DNA of 57,818 nt from positions 1-57,818 of the IMG/VR virus record IMGVR_UViG_3300023214_000063, one strand, 5' to 3'. Both the position numbers and the translations under genes were made by a program. This document shows, one piece after another, positions 45,917 through 54,796 of the stretch (positions are counted from its first letter, which is position 1; each line of letters begins with the position of its first letter). Source of the stretch: a virus. Lineage: Duplodnaviria > Caudoviricetes. Under the pieces are notes generated by a model that was not told where the DNA came from, searched no databases, and was given only the letters and a program-made list of their open reading frames with translations.

Positions 45917-46859
45917 CCGCATCGTCGTTACGGGTGGCGCTGGCTACGTCGGCCGCGTCACCGTGCCGCTGATCCTGCGCACCTTCCCAGGCGCACAGGT
46001 CGTCGTCATCGACAACTTCTGGCAGCGCCAGGAACCGCCGTTCGACTGGTTCAGTGATGCGTCGTGGCGTGACCGAATCGAGCTGCGCCAGGGCAACGTG
46101 GTGGAGTCCATCGACGACAGCTGGGGCGGCACGGATATCGTCGTCCACCTGGCCGGACTGGTCGGCGCTCCTGCCTGCGAAGCGAACCCGGAGCTGGCGG
46201 AATCCTGGAACTACGACAGCGCCTACAACCTCGCCTACAACTGGCGGCCGAAGCGGGTGGTGAACGCGAGCACCGGCAGCGTGTACGGGGCCATTGAAGG
46301 CGTGTGCACGGAGGAAAGCGACACGAACCCGCTGTCCATCTACGGGAAGTCGAAGCTGGCAGCGGAGCGCGTGCTGTGGGAACGCCTGGGTGGCATTCAC
46401 CTTCGGTTCGCCACGGGGTACGGGTGCAGCCCGAAGATGCGGCTGGATACGCTGCCGAACACCTTTGCCTGGGAAGCGCTCGCCGAAGGAAACCTGGTCC
46501 TGTACCAGCGTGACGCCCGGCGAACCTTCGTCCACGTCGAAGACATGGCGCGAGCCCTGGTTCACGCGATGGTCAACTATGAAAAGATGCAGCCGGGCGT
46601 GTTCAACGTCGGCAGCCATGACGGGAACATGACGAAGCAGGAGCTGGCGGACCTGGTCGCCGCGCACGCTCCGGACGGGCTGCGCATCTTTCACGGAGAC
46701 GGGGCTGACCCGGACCAGCGGGACTACGAAGTCAGCTACGGCAAGTTCACGGACACCGGCTGGGCTCCGGTGTGGACGATGGAGCGCGGGGTCCGGTCGC
46801 TGCTCGCGGCGCTGTCGTCGCTTCGGATTCGTGACCGGTATCGGAACAGTGGGGGATGA
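45909..46859 (+). CDS. NAD-dependent NDP-sugar epimerase/dehydratase (extended SDR)
   Basis: VTGGAGYVG, HLAGLVGAPAC, ASTGSVYG, YGKSK and RTFVHVED. Confidence 0.9.
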   Translation: MYDRIVVTGGAGYVGRVTVPLILRTFPGAQVVVIDNFWQRQEPPFDWFSDASWRDRIELRQGNVVESIDDSWGGTDIVVHLAGLVGAPACEANPELAESWNYDSAYNLAYNWRPKRVVNASTGSVYGAIEGVCTEESDTNPLSIYGKSKLAAERVLWERLGGIHLRFATGYGCSPKMRLDTLPNTFAWEALAEGNLVLYQRDARRTFVHVEDMARALVHAMVNYEKMQPGVFNVGSHDGNMTKQELADLVAAHAPDGLRIFHGDGADPDQRDYEVSYGKFTDTGWAPVWTMERGVRSLLAALSSLRIRDRYRNSGG

Positions 46860-46860
46860 C

Positions 46861-47853
46861 GTGGAGCTGAAGGGGAAGTCGGTAGCCGTCACTGGTGCTA
46901 CGGGATTCGTGGGTCGCCACCTGATCCAGCGCCTACTGGAAGCTGACGTGGAAAGCATCCATGTGGTGACGCGGAATGTGTCGCAGGCTGCGGCAGTGCT
47001 TCACGACGCCGTGGGGGTGGACCGCAGGCTGCTCGCGGTTCACTGCGACATCGAACGCCAGCTGGGACTGCTGGGCGCGCTGAAGGGGCTGCAGGTTGAT
47101 GTCCTGTTTCATCTGGCCGCGTACTACGGTGGCCTGGGCATCACGCTGGCCGAACCGGCTTCCATTTTCACGAAGAATGTGCGCATGGGCCTGAACGTCC
47201 TGGAAGCCAGCGCGGCCGCTGAAGTGGACAAGGTCGTGTTCTGCGGGACGGCATGTAGCTACCCTGGCGGCCTAGCGCCGGAGCCGATGGCGGAAGGCGA
47301 CTTCTGGTCTGGCCAGGTGCACGGCAGCGTGGAAGCGTACGGGGTGGCGAAGAAGGCGATGGAAGCCGGAGCCCGTGCCTTCGCGAACCAGCACGACATG
47401 CGAGCTGTGCACGTCGTACCGGCGAACCTTTACGGCCCGCACGACGACTTCGGCGACTATCGCAGTCACGTCGTAGCGGCGCTGGTCGCGAAGGCCGTGG
47501 CCGCATCGGAGTCCGGGAAGCCGATGAAGGTGTGGGGCTCCGGAGCGCCGGTCCGTGAGTTCATGTACGTGGATGACTGTGCGGCCGGTCTGGTGGCGGC
47601 AGCGGAGTCGTACGACGACATGGACGCGCCGTTGAACATCGGCACTGGCGTAGGCACGTCGATTCGCGAGCTGGTCGACGCCATCGCGGACGCTGTCGGC
47701 GGGCTCGAAGTGGAGTGGGAGTCGGACAAGCCGGACGGAGCGCCGCATAAGGTTCTGGACGTGACGAAGGCGAACGACCTGGGGTGGGCCGCAGGCGTGT
47801 CGCTCCAGGACGGAATCCGAAGCACGGTCAACTGGTACAGGGTGAACCGATGA
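46861..47853 (+). CDS. GDP-L-fucose synthase-like epimerase/reductase
   Basis: VTGATGFVG, HLAA..GG, GTACSYP, YGVAK, NLYGPHD, SHVVAAL, VWGSG.P.REF.YVDD and KPDG. Confidence 0.88.
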   Translation: MELKGKSVAVTGATGFVGRHLIQRLLEADVESIHVVTRNVSQAAAVLHDAVGVDRRLLAVHCDIERQLGLLGALKGLQVDVLFHLAAYYGGLGITLAEPASIFTKNVRMGLNVLEASAAAEVDKVVFCGTACSYPGGLAPEPMAEGDFWSGQVHGSVEAYGVAKKAMEAGARAFANQHDMRAVHVVPANLYGPHDDFGDYRSHVVAALVAKAVAASESGKPMKVWGSGAPVREFMYVDDCAAGLVAAAESYDDMDAPLNIGTGVGTSIRELVDAIADAVGGLEVEWESDKPDGAPHKVLDVTKANDLGWAAGVSLQDGIRSTVNWYRVNR

Positions 47854-49088
47854 AGCCGTACGTGACGATGTCGACATGCCGAAGGTGTGGCGGCGAAGAC
47901 CTGGTCCGGCAGTTCCGGATGGACGACGTGGCGATGACGGGGTACTTCCCCCTGCCGGGCGAGTCCGTCGCATCGGGTCCGCTGACCGTCATGCTGTGCG
48001 CGGACTGCATGCTGATGCAGCTGCGCGAGTCCTACCAGGTAGAGCTGATGTACACCGACACCTACGGCTACCACAGCTCGCTGAACGGGGCGATGGTGCG
48101 TCACCTGCAGGGACTGGCCGCAGAAGCGCTGCAGTCCTGCCACCTAGTTCCCGGCGACGTCGTGGTGGACGTGGGTGGAAACGACGGCACGCTACTGGAA
48201 GCGTTCCCGTCCTGGCTCGAACGCTGGAACGTCGACCCGCTGGCGGACCGATTCATGCCGAAGGAAACCGACATCCGGTGCCTGCCGGAGTTCTTCGACG
48301 ACAACGCAGTGGAAGCCATCGGTGAAGGCCGTGTGTCCGTTCTGACGTCCGTCGCGATGTTCTACGACCTGGACGACCCGGTAGCCTTTGCGCGCTCTGT
48401 GCGGCGACTCCTGCGCCCTGGTGGGGCATGGTTCTGCCAGGTCCAGGACACCGAACGGATGATGCGGGACGGGTTCTACGACACGCTCTGTCACGAACAC
48501 ATCGACTACTACCTGGTCCGCGACCTGGTCGACATCGCACGGCGGGCGGGCATGGAAGTGGTGTCGGTCAGGCGGAACGACTCGAACGGTGGCAGCTTCC
48601 GGGTGGAGATTCGAAACCACGAATCTCCGTCCCACGCGGTAGAGCGTGTCTGCATCGCAGAAGCGAAGCGTGTGGGCTCCACGTTCGACGACTACGTGAA
48701 GACCTGCCAGACGTACTTCGCGCGGGTCGTTCGCCACCGGGAAATCGTCCGTAACTTCCTGAATGCGGCGAAGGCAGAAGGGAAGACCGTCGCGGCCCTG
48801 GGTGCATCGACCAGGGGGAACGTCGTTCTGCAGTGGTGCGGGGTGACGCCGGACGACATCGTCGGAGTGGGGGAAATCAATCGAGACAAGTTCGGGCGCG
48901 TCACGCCTGGAACCGGAATCGGAATCAAGCCGGAAGGTGACATCATCGCCGCGCAGCCGGACTACCTGATGGTCCTGCCGTGGCACTTCCGCGCTGGGTT
49001 CGAGCGGCTGCACGGCCGTCTGTGTACCGACGACTGGAAGCCGCAGCTGGTCTTCCCGCTACCGGAGTTCGAGCTGTGGCCCGCATGA
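47850..49088 (+). CDS. NDP-hexose C-methyltransferase (Zn-binding N-domain, SAM domain, C-domain)
   Basis: CRRCG...CADC..MQL, YGYHSS, DVGGNDGTLL, YDTLCHEH, NGGS, GASTRGN and PDYLMVLPWHF. Confidence 0.88.
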   Translation: MKPYVTMSTCRRCGGEDLVRQFRMDDVAMTGYFPLPGESVASGPLTVMLCADCMLMQLRESYQVELMYTDTYGYHSSLNGAMVRHLQGLAAEALQSCHLVPGDVVVDVGGNDGTLLEAFPSWLERWNVDPLADRFMPKETDIRCLPEFFDDNAVEAIGEGRVSVLTSVAMFYDLDDPVAFARSVRRLLRPGGAWFCQVQDTERMMRDGFYDTLCHEHIDYYLVRDLVDIARRAGMEVVSVRRNDSNGGSFRVEIRNHESPSHAVERVCIAEAKRVGSTFDDYVKTCQTYFARVVRHREIVRNFLNAAKAEGKTVAALGASTRGNVVLQWCGVTPDDIVGVGEINRDKFGRVTPGTGIGIKPEGDIIAAQPDYLMVLPWHFRAGFERLHGRLCTDDWKPQLVFPLPEFELWPA

Positions 49089-49717
49089 CGAACGAACGGG
49101 CGTACGAATACGCCTTCACCTTTCGGGCTGTCGCTGACCACCTGGCCGGGCTCGAACCGGACGAACCCGTGCGGCTGCTGGATGTGGGCACGGCAGGCAG
49201 CCAGCTGCCGAACAACCTGGCCGACGTGTGGGTGGACCAGGTCGTCTGCTGCGACCCTGACTGCCGTGGGTTCGTCCGGATGCCCTGGCAGAACATCACG
49301 TACGTGGAAGCGACGGTCCAGGACTACGCGATGACGGAGCCGGAGCCGTTCGACATCGTTACCTGTGTCAGCACCCTGGAGCATGCGGAAGACGTGGAGT
49401 CGGCGATAGCTGCCATCGTCGACTTGATGAAGCCAGCCGGGCTACTGGTGGTGACGGTTCCTTACCACCCGCAGCGCACGCGGCTGTTCCCGGACCAGCA
49501 GGAGTTCACAGACCTGCGCCCGCTCCACGCCTGGTCGCGCATGTTCGAACGCCACGAACTGCTGCATGACCAGGAAGACGAACTGTACCTGCGGGCCTGG
49601 CGCTGGGTGAACGACGAAGATGGGGTGCCGGTGACGTTCGAGCGCGAGCGATGCCGGGCCGTAGACGACGACGCCCAGGACGACAACATCATCTGCATGA
49701 CATGGACGAGGCCATGA
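49085..49717 (+). CDS. Class I SAM-dependent methyltransferase
   Basis: NERAYEY, LLDVGTAG, FDIVTCVSTLEH and MKPAGLLVVTVP. Confidence 0.82.
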   Translation: MTNERAYEYAFTFRAVADHLAGLEPDEPVRLLDVGTAGSQLPNNLADVWVDQVVCCDPDCRGFVRMPWQNITYVEATVQDYAMTEPEPFDIVTCVSTLEHAEDVESAIAAIVDLMKPAGLLVVTVPYHPQRTRLFPDQQEFTDLRPLHAWSRMFERHELLHDQEDELYLRAWRWVNDEDGVPVTFERERCRAVDDDAQDDNIICMTWTRP

Positions 49718-49953
49718 AGAAGTCACTGGGGGAGCTGGTCGACGAACTGGCCATCACGAATTTGAAGATGTGGCACTTGGAAGACCGACGCCGCGACACG
49801 ACGCTGCCGGATTCGGAGCGCCTGAAGGCAGCGGACGCGCTGTCGCCGCTGAACGCGAAGCGCCATCGTCTGATGGAAGCTATCGACGCCCTGGTGCCAC
49901 AGGAAGATGCGCACCAGAAGGTGCCCGTGTACGAAGGCGAGCCGGTCGGCTAG
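49714..49953 (+). CDS. DUF4254-like small helical protein
   Basis: LVDELAITNLKMWHLED..R...LN.KR..L..AID; this pattern is associated with GT9/sugar loci. Confidence 0.6.
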   Translation: MKKSLGELVDELAITNLKMWHLEDRRRDTTLPDSERLKAADALSPLNAKRHRLMEAIDALVPQEDAHQKVPVYEGEPVG

Positions 49954-49997
49954 GACGGCCAGGGGCTCGCCGCTACTATAGGCGCGGAGGTAACACC

Positions 49998-50258
49998 ATG
50001 GCGAAAGTCAGCATGAAGACCGTGTACTACGACGGCGACAGCGCGCAGGTTCACCCGGCCGGGTTCACCCTGCAGCCAGGGAAGAACGTGCTGTCGAAGC
50101 CGATGGCAGAGCTGGCGTGCAAGCTGGTGGAAGGCTGCACGATGGGCACCGGCCCGAAGGGGGTCACGTCGTCGAAGAAGAAGAAGGCGACGAAGAAGTC
50201 CGCCAGCTCGAAGTCCACGAAGAAGAAGAAGTCCACGAAAAAGAAGAAGAAGAAGTAG
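49998..50258 (+). CDS. Small head-module protein with Lys/Ser/Thr-rich tail
   Basis: GGAGG RBS; N-domain similar to the GT fusion C-terminus; tail SSKKKKATKKSASSKSTKKKKSTKKKKKK. Confidence 0.65.
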   Translation: MAKVSMKTVYYDGDSAQVHPAGFTLQPGKNVLSKPMAELACKLVEGCTMGTGPKGVTSSKKKKATKKSASSKSTKKKKSTKKKKKK

Positions 50259-50267
50259 GGGGCATCG

Positions 50268-50837
50268 GTGGCGCTGGTCACGCTGGAAAAGACGCTGCAG
50301 TACCTGAAGGAATCGGAAGACCGCGACGACGTGGTCCAGGCGATTCTGGATGGTGTCTCTGCGGAGTTCGAGTCCCGAACTAACCGTGTGTTTGCCCAAG
50401 CGAACTACACGGACGCGCTGGACGGTGGGTGCAGCTACGTGCTGGTAGAGAACCCGCCCATCATCAGCGTGACGTCGGTGCACGAATCGAACTCGATACC
50501 CGCCGTCTTCAACGCGACGACCCTGGTGGACGCCGACACGTACGTCAGCTACGCAGGCGAAGGTCGCGTCCAGCTCCTGGGCGCTCGCGCACGGTTCGCT
50601 CGCGGTTATCAGAACGTCCAGGTGATTTACTCCGGTGGCTGGGTGACGATTCCTGCGGACGTCCAGCTGGCGGTCATGCGCTGGGTGGGGCACATCTGGA
50701 AGGAAGAAGATACGGCGCGCTTCGGCCTGCAGGGTCGGTCGTTCGAGGGGCAGCAGGCCCAGTTCGTCCCGCCACCGGAAGTTCCACCCCAAATCATGCG
50801 GGTCATCCGGCTGTATCGCCGACCGTCGACGGGGTAG
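50268..50837 (+). CDS. Head-tail connector (gp6/gp15-like)
   Basis: ALVTLE...YLK...D..., PPIISVTSV and Y.GGW..IPADVQLAV. Confidence 0.82.
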   Translation: MALVTLEKTLQYLKESEDRDDVVQAILDGVSAEFESRTNRVFAQANYTDALDGGCSYVLVENPPIISVTSVHESNSIPAVFNATTLVDADTYVSYAGEGRVQLLGARARFARGYQNVQVIYSGGWVTIPADVQLAVMRWVGHIWKEEDTARFGLQGRSFEGQQAQFVPPPEVPPQIMRVIRLYRRPSTG

Positions 50838-50840
50838 CGC

Positions 50841-51353
50841 ATGCCGGTCCCAATAGTTCGAATCCGGATCATCGGCGACGACGCTATGCGCCTGATCCAG
50901 CGATACCCGAACGTGGTTGCGGCGACGCTTCAGGCCACCACCCTGACGGTCATGCGCGACATCGTCTGGTCCCGCGTCAAAGCGAACCTGATGGGCGCGG
51001 TCCTGAACCGACGGTCCGGTAACCTGCTGCGCGACGTAGAGTCCAGCATCCAGGTCCGGCGCACGTTCAAGGGCGTACAGGGAACTATCGGGACCAGCCT
51101 GGACTATGGAATCGCGTGGGAGCTGGGCGCGCAGTTCCCGGCGTATAACATCACCCCGAAGAAGGCGACATTTCTGCGGTTCATCGGAGCGCGGGACGGG
51201 GCAGTGGTGTTCACGAAGCTGGTGGAGCGAAAGCCGCGACGGCAGGAAAAGCGTTCGTTCATCGTCGAAGCCTTCGAAGCGCGGATGGTGGATATCGAAC
51301 GCAAGTACGTCGCGGACCTGAACAGGCTTCACGACCAGATAGGGGTGGCCTGA
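50841..51353 (+). CDS. HK97 gp10-like neck/tail completion protein
   Basis: RSGNL..., YGIAWELG and RSFI..AFE. Confidence 0.7.
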   Translation: MPVPIVRIRIIGDDAMRLIQRYPNVVAATLQATTLTVMRDIVWSRVKANLMGAVLNRRSGNLLRDVESSIQVRRTFKGVQGTIGTSLDYGIAWELGAQFPAYNITPKKATFLRFIGARDGAVVFTKLVERKPRRQEKRSFIVEAFEARMVDIERKYVADLNRLHDQIGVA

Positions 51354-51823
51354 TGCCTGATCCGACCATCAGTCACCGGCAGGAAATCCGGGACGACATC
51401 GTCGCGAACCTGAAGGCGATAGCCCAGGTGGACGGCTACTTCTACGACATTAACGACGACTACGTCAGCACGGAGCTGACCCACTGGGAAGCCTGGTCGT
51501 CGTCGAAGACTCCGGCCCTGTTCGTGGTGGGCGGCGATGAAGCGCCGGACCCCAGGACGAACCAGACCTACGAATCAGAAATGACGGTCGTGGTGTGGGG
51601 GTACGTGCACGAACCAGGCAGCTCGCAGGACGCGCTGGACAAGCTGGTGCACGATGTCATCAAGAAATTGATGGAAGATATCCAGCGGAACTGCTGGGCG
51701 GACTTCACCCAGCTGGGGCAGCTGACGACGGACGAAGGGAACATCAACGTGGTGGCGAAGGGCTGGGCGCTGTTCCGGATGGAGATTCTGGTGCAATACG
51801 ACTTCTTCACGAACAATCCGTAG
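51353..51823 (+). CDS. Tail terminator protein
   Basis: RQEIRDDIVANL...PALFV..GDE...LD.L..DV.K.L; position in the neck module. Confidence 0.7.
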   Translation: MPDPTISHRQEIRDDIVANLKAIAQVDGYFYDINDDYVSTELTHWEAWSSSKTPALFVVGGDEAPDPRTNQTYESEMTVVVWGYVHEPGSSQDALDKLVHDVIKKLMEDIQRNCWADFTQLGQLTTDEGNINVVAKGWALFRMEILVQYDFFTNNP

Positions 51824-51851
51824 GGCGGCAAGGGGGAGCTGGGGGGGAGCC

Positions 51852-52835
51852 GTGCACGTTGACTTCTACACGCCACATAGCGGCGCGGGCCGCGAGTTCG
51901 GGTACAGCACCTTCACCGACGCCGTCCGACGTCACTGGCTGGAGCTGGGCCACACCATCGGTGACGATGCGCCGGTCCGCGTAGCGTTCTGCCACCCGAA
52001 GTCGTTTCAGCGCGACGAACGGCCTACGGCGTTGTTCAGCATGTACGAAGCGCCGGACATGCCACGGGAGTATGTGGAGCCGCTGAACCAGGCTGACGCG
52101 GTCATCGTGCCCACGAAGTTCTGCCGGGATATCTTCAAACGGAACGGAGTCACCAGGCCCATCCACCTGTGCCCGTTAGGTATCGACGGCGACCTGTTCT
52201 ACCCTGACCCGGCGAAGACGCCACCGGCTCCCCCGTACCGGCTGCTATGGCTAGGGGCTCCGGACTTGCGCAAGGGGTGGGACATCTTCGCGCGTGGCTT
52301 CATGGCCGCGTTCAGTCACAGCGACGACGACGTCAGGGTCACGTTCAAAACGTCGGCGAAGCACACAGAGCAATTCGAAGAATTGGTGCCGGGGGTCACG
52401 TTCGACTGCCGACGCCTGCCGCGTGAAGAACTCGCCGACCTGTATCGACGTCACCACATCTTCGTGACGACGACGCGCGGCGAAGGATATGGGCTCCCCC
52501 CACTGGAAGCGATGGGAACTGGCTCCCTCGTCATCGCTCCAGTGGCGGGGGGCCTGTCTGATTTCGTAGTGCCGGGCCGCGCGCTGACGTTGAAGACGAA
52601 GAAGCGTCGCGTACACTTCGGGGTGCCGACCACGGCCGATGAAGTGAAGCACGGTAGCCTGGTGTCGCAGCTGAAGCGGGCCGTGCGAAACTACGACCAG
52701 TTTAGGGGCACGCGGGAGCGGGCAGTAGAATGGGTGCACGCGAATCGAACGTGGAGCCACACAGCGCGGAGACTTCAAGAAATAACGGGAGCTATTTTCG
52801 GTCCAACTGGGGGAGCCGGTAGGGACGCGAAATGA
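51852..52835 (+). CDS. Glycosyltransferase family 4 (GT-B)
   Basis: PLGID, RKGWD, LADLY and EGYGLPPLEAMG (E-X7-E). Confidence 0.88.
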   Translation: MHVDFYTPHSGAGREFGYSTFTDAVRRHWLELGHTIGDDAPVRVAFCHPKSFQRDERPTALFSMYEAPDMPREYVEPLNQADAVIVPTKFCRDIFKRNGVTRPIHLCPLGIDGDLFYPDPAKTPPAPPYRLLWLGAPDLRKGWDIFARGFMAAFSHSDDDVRVTFKTSAKHTEQFEELVPGVTFDCRRLPREELADLYRRHHIFVTTTRGEGYGLPPLEAMGTGSLVIAPVAGGLSDFVVPGRALTLKTKKRRVHFGVPTTADEVKHGSLVSQLKRAVRNYDQFRGTRERAVEWVHANRTWSHTARRLQEITGAIFGPTGGAGRDAK

Positions 52836-53914
52836 GTTGCGGAAGCGGCGTAGGCGCGACAGCGCTGGCTGGGTTCCAGAAGAACACGAACGGCTGGGAC
52901 GACGGCACGGCCGAACAGGTGGATGCCGGGTTCGGCTTCGAGTACCTGTCGGAGTCCATCAGCTACGATGTCCCGCACATCCGGGACGAATCGAACGCGG
53001 GCAGCGTCCAGCAGGGACGCGGCGAGCGCGGGAACGAACGACACGACGGCGGCATCACGGCGTACGCGAAGTACGAAGGTCTGGACGAAATCATCGCCCA
53101 GGCGTTCGGCAGCGTGGAGTCCGGACCGGCCCAGCAGGCCAGTTCGGCGGCCTATCAGACCGTCTACCGCATCAACGATTGTCCGGACGGCATCTTCGGC
53201 ACCCTGGTGTTCGAGAAGCGGAAGGACAACCGGGTGTGGGAATACGACTGCGTCAAGGTCGTGGGGCTCCGCATCAGCGGCGAAGCCGGGCAGCCTGTCC
53301 AGGTGGAGTTCACCGTAGCCGGGCGTCGGCTGAAGCGGAACGCGGGCACGGGCGTGAACACCACCACGACCATCGACAGCGTGACCATCCCGGCGAACCG
53401 GAAGAAGGTGCATTTCAACCACCTTCAGCTGCTGATCGCGGCGCAGTCCGACAGCACGGCTCTGGACGCGGAAGACGAGTCGTACCCGTCGCGGTTCGAG
53501 CTGACGATGGAAGGCCAGTTCGACACGGACATCTTCACCACGAAGAACAAGCCGTACCGTGACGAGCCGAAGCGTAACGGCCATGTGCTGACCACGCTGA
53601 CGCTGGAGTACCCGGAGTATGACGGGGAAGACTGGCTGGACCGTCATTCCGCCGACCCGAAGACGCTGCTGATGGCGCAGATGACGTTCGACAGCGCGCT
53701 GGACGCGGGTGGCGGTAACAACTTCAGCTGGGTGTTCGACATGGCCCAGCTGGAAGTCAGCGAAGCGGCCGCGAACATCGCGGGCGCGGGCCTGATCCGT
53801 CACCCCATCACCCTTATCGCCACGAAGGCGGATAGCGCCCCGCAGGGGTTCAGCTTCGCCGACCAGCTGGTGATGACGGTGGTAAACCAGATGAGCACCG
53901 ATCCGCTGGCGTAA
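52832..53914 (+). CDS. Major tail tube protein
   Basis: 360 aa, YLSESI motif, upstream of the chaperone and TMP, followed by a stem-loop. Confidence 0.75.
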   Translation: MSCGSGVGATALAGFQKNTNGWDDGTAEQVDAGFGFEYLSESISYDVPHIRDESNAGSVQQGRGERGNERHDGGITAYAKYEGLDEIIAQAFGSVESGPAQQASSAAYQTVYRINDCPDGIFGTLVFEKRKDNRVWEYDCVKVVGLRISGEAGQPVQVEFTVAGRRLKRNAGTGVNTTTTIDSVTIPANRKKVHFNHLQLLIAAQSDSTALDAEDESYPSRFELTMEGQFDTDIFTTKNKPYRDEPKRNGHVLTTLTLEYPEYDGEDWLDRHSADPKTLLMAQMTFDSALDAGGGNNFSWVFDMAQLEVSEAAANIAGAGLIRHPITLIATKADSAPQGFSFADQLVMTVVNQMSTDPLA

Positions 53915-53943
53915 AGCCAGCTACAACTGACGACGAAGGCGAC

Positions 53944-53974
53944 GGGCTCCTGGCCGATGGTCGGTCGGGAGCCC
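53944..53974 (+). other. Stem-loop after the major tail gene
   Basis: GGGCTCCTGGCCGA/TCGGTCGGGAGCCC. Confidence 0.6.
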
Positions 53975-54010
53975 TAGCCGGTAACACCCCACGGGGGAGC
54001 AGGAGCAAAC

Positions 54011-54445
54011 ATGTCCCGATTCATGGTAGGTGCGACGGAGGGTGGCCGGAAGTTTCAGATTCCGGGCACCACCACGTTCGTTCACATCAAGCCGCTGTCA
54101 CCCCAGCGCGAGCTGGAAATCCGCGACAAGTGCACGACGTTCGAGCGTCGCGGTGGGCAGCAGGTGGAGCGACTGGACCAGGTGAAGCAGATGCGGCTGC
54201 TGGCGGCCGACGTCATCGTGGACTGGGGCCAGCTCCGCGTGGACGATGACGGCACCGTCGTGCAGCCGCTGGACCCGACGGACGACCGCACCATGGACTT
54301 CCCGGACGGCAAGCGTCCGGCGACGCTGGAGAACAAGGCGGAAGCCATGCTGCGGTCCAGCGCCTTCCTGAACTTCACGCTGGACAAGGCCCGCGAGCTG
54401 AACGGCGAGGAGTGGTCCAGGACGGAAGCCGAGGGGGAAATCTAG
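54011..54445 (+). CDS. Tail assembly chaperone (gpG-like)
   Basis: Between tail tube and TMP; ends at slippery GGGGGAA. Confidence 0.78.
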   Translation: MSRFMVGATEGGRKFQIPGTTTFVHIKPLSPQRELEIRDKCTTFERRGGQQVERLDQVKQMRLLAADVIVDWGQLRVDDDGTVVQPLDPTDDRTMDFPDGKRPATLENKAEAMLRSSAFLNFTLDKARELNGEEWSRTEAEGEI

Positions 54446-54789
54446 CAGCGTGGGCGGAATTCCGTTACCGGTATCCGCAGGGCATCTGCACCCGTTGCGC
54501 GAAAGTCGAGCAGCGCAGCGGGGAACGACCCCCGGTAGAGGAATGCCCGCGCTGTGTAGAACCGATGCGGGGGAACCAGCTGGCCTGTGCCGTGTACCTG
54601 CAGATGTGCAGGGGTGGCGACAGGCTGGCTGGGCTCCGGCTCGAACAGCAGATGGCCCGACTCGACAGCGACGAACAGGACAGACTGCTACGAAAACTCG
54701 AAACGATTAACAGCCAGATTCAGCAGCTCGATATAGAGCAGCAGCGGAAGCGCGAGCAGGTACGCCAGGCAGGGGGAGCCAGGCGATAG
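54433..54789 (+). CDS. Tail assembly chaperone -1 frameshift extension (gpGT-like)
   Basis: G GGG GAA at 54433-54439; the -1 frame stays open to 54789. Confidence 0.72.
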   Translation, partial: GGNLAAWAEFRYRYPQGICTRCAKVEQRSGERPPVEECPRCVEPMRGNQLACAVYLQMCRGGDRLAGLRLEQQMARLDSDEQDRLLRKLETINSQIQQLDIEQQRKREQVRQAGGARR

Positions 54790-54796
54790 GTCGCCC

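Noticed and set aside
42543-49953. Sugar cluster as a DNA hypermodification system
   Set aside because: No hydroxymethylase, TET/JBP enzyme or DNA polymerase is visible, the cluster is in the late structural operon, and restriction-like words appear avoided. Disfavoured but not excluded.
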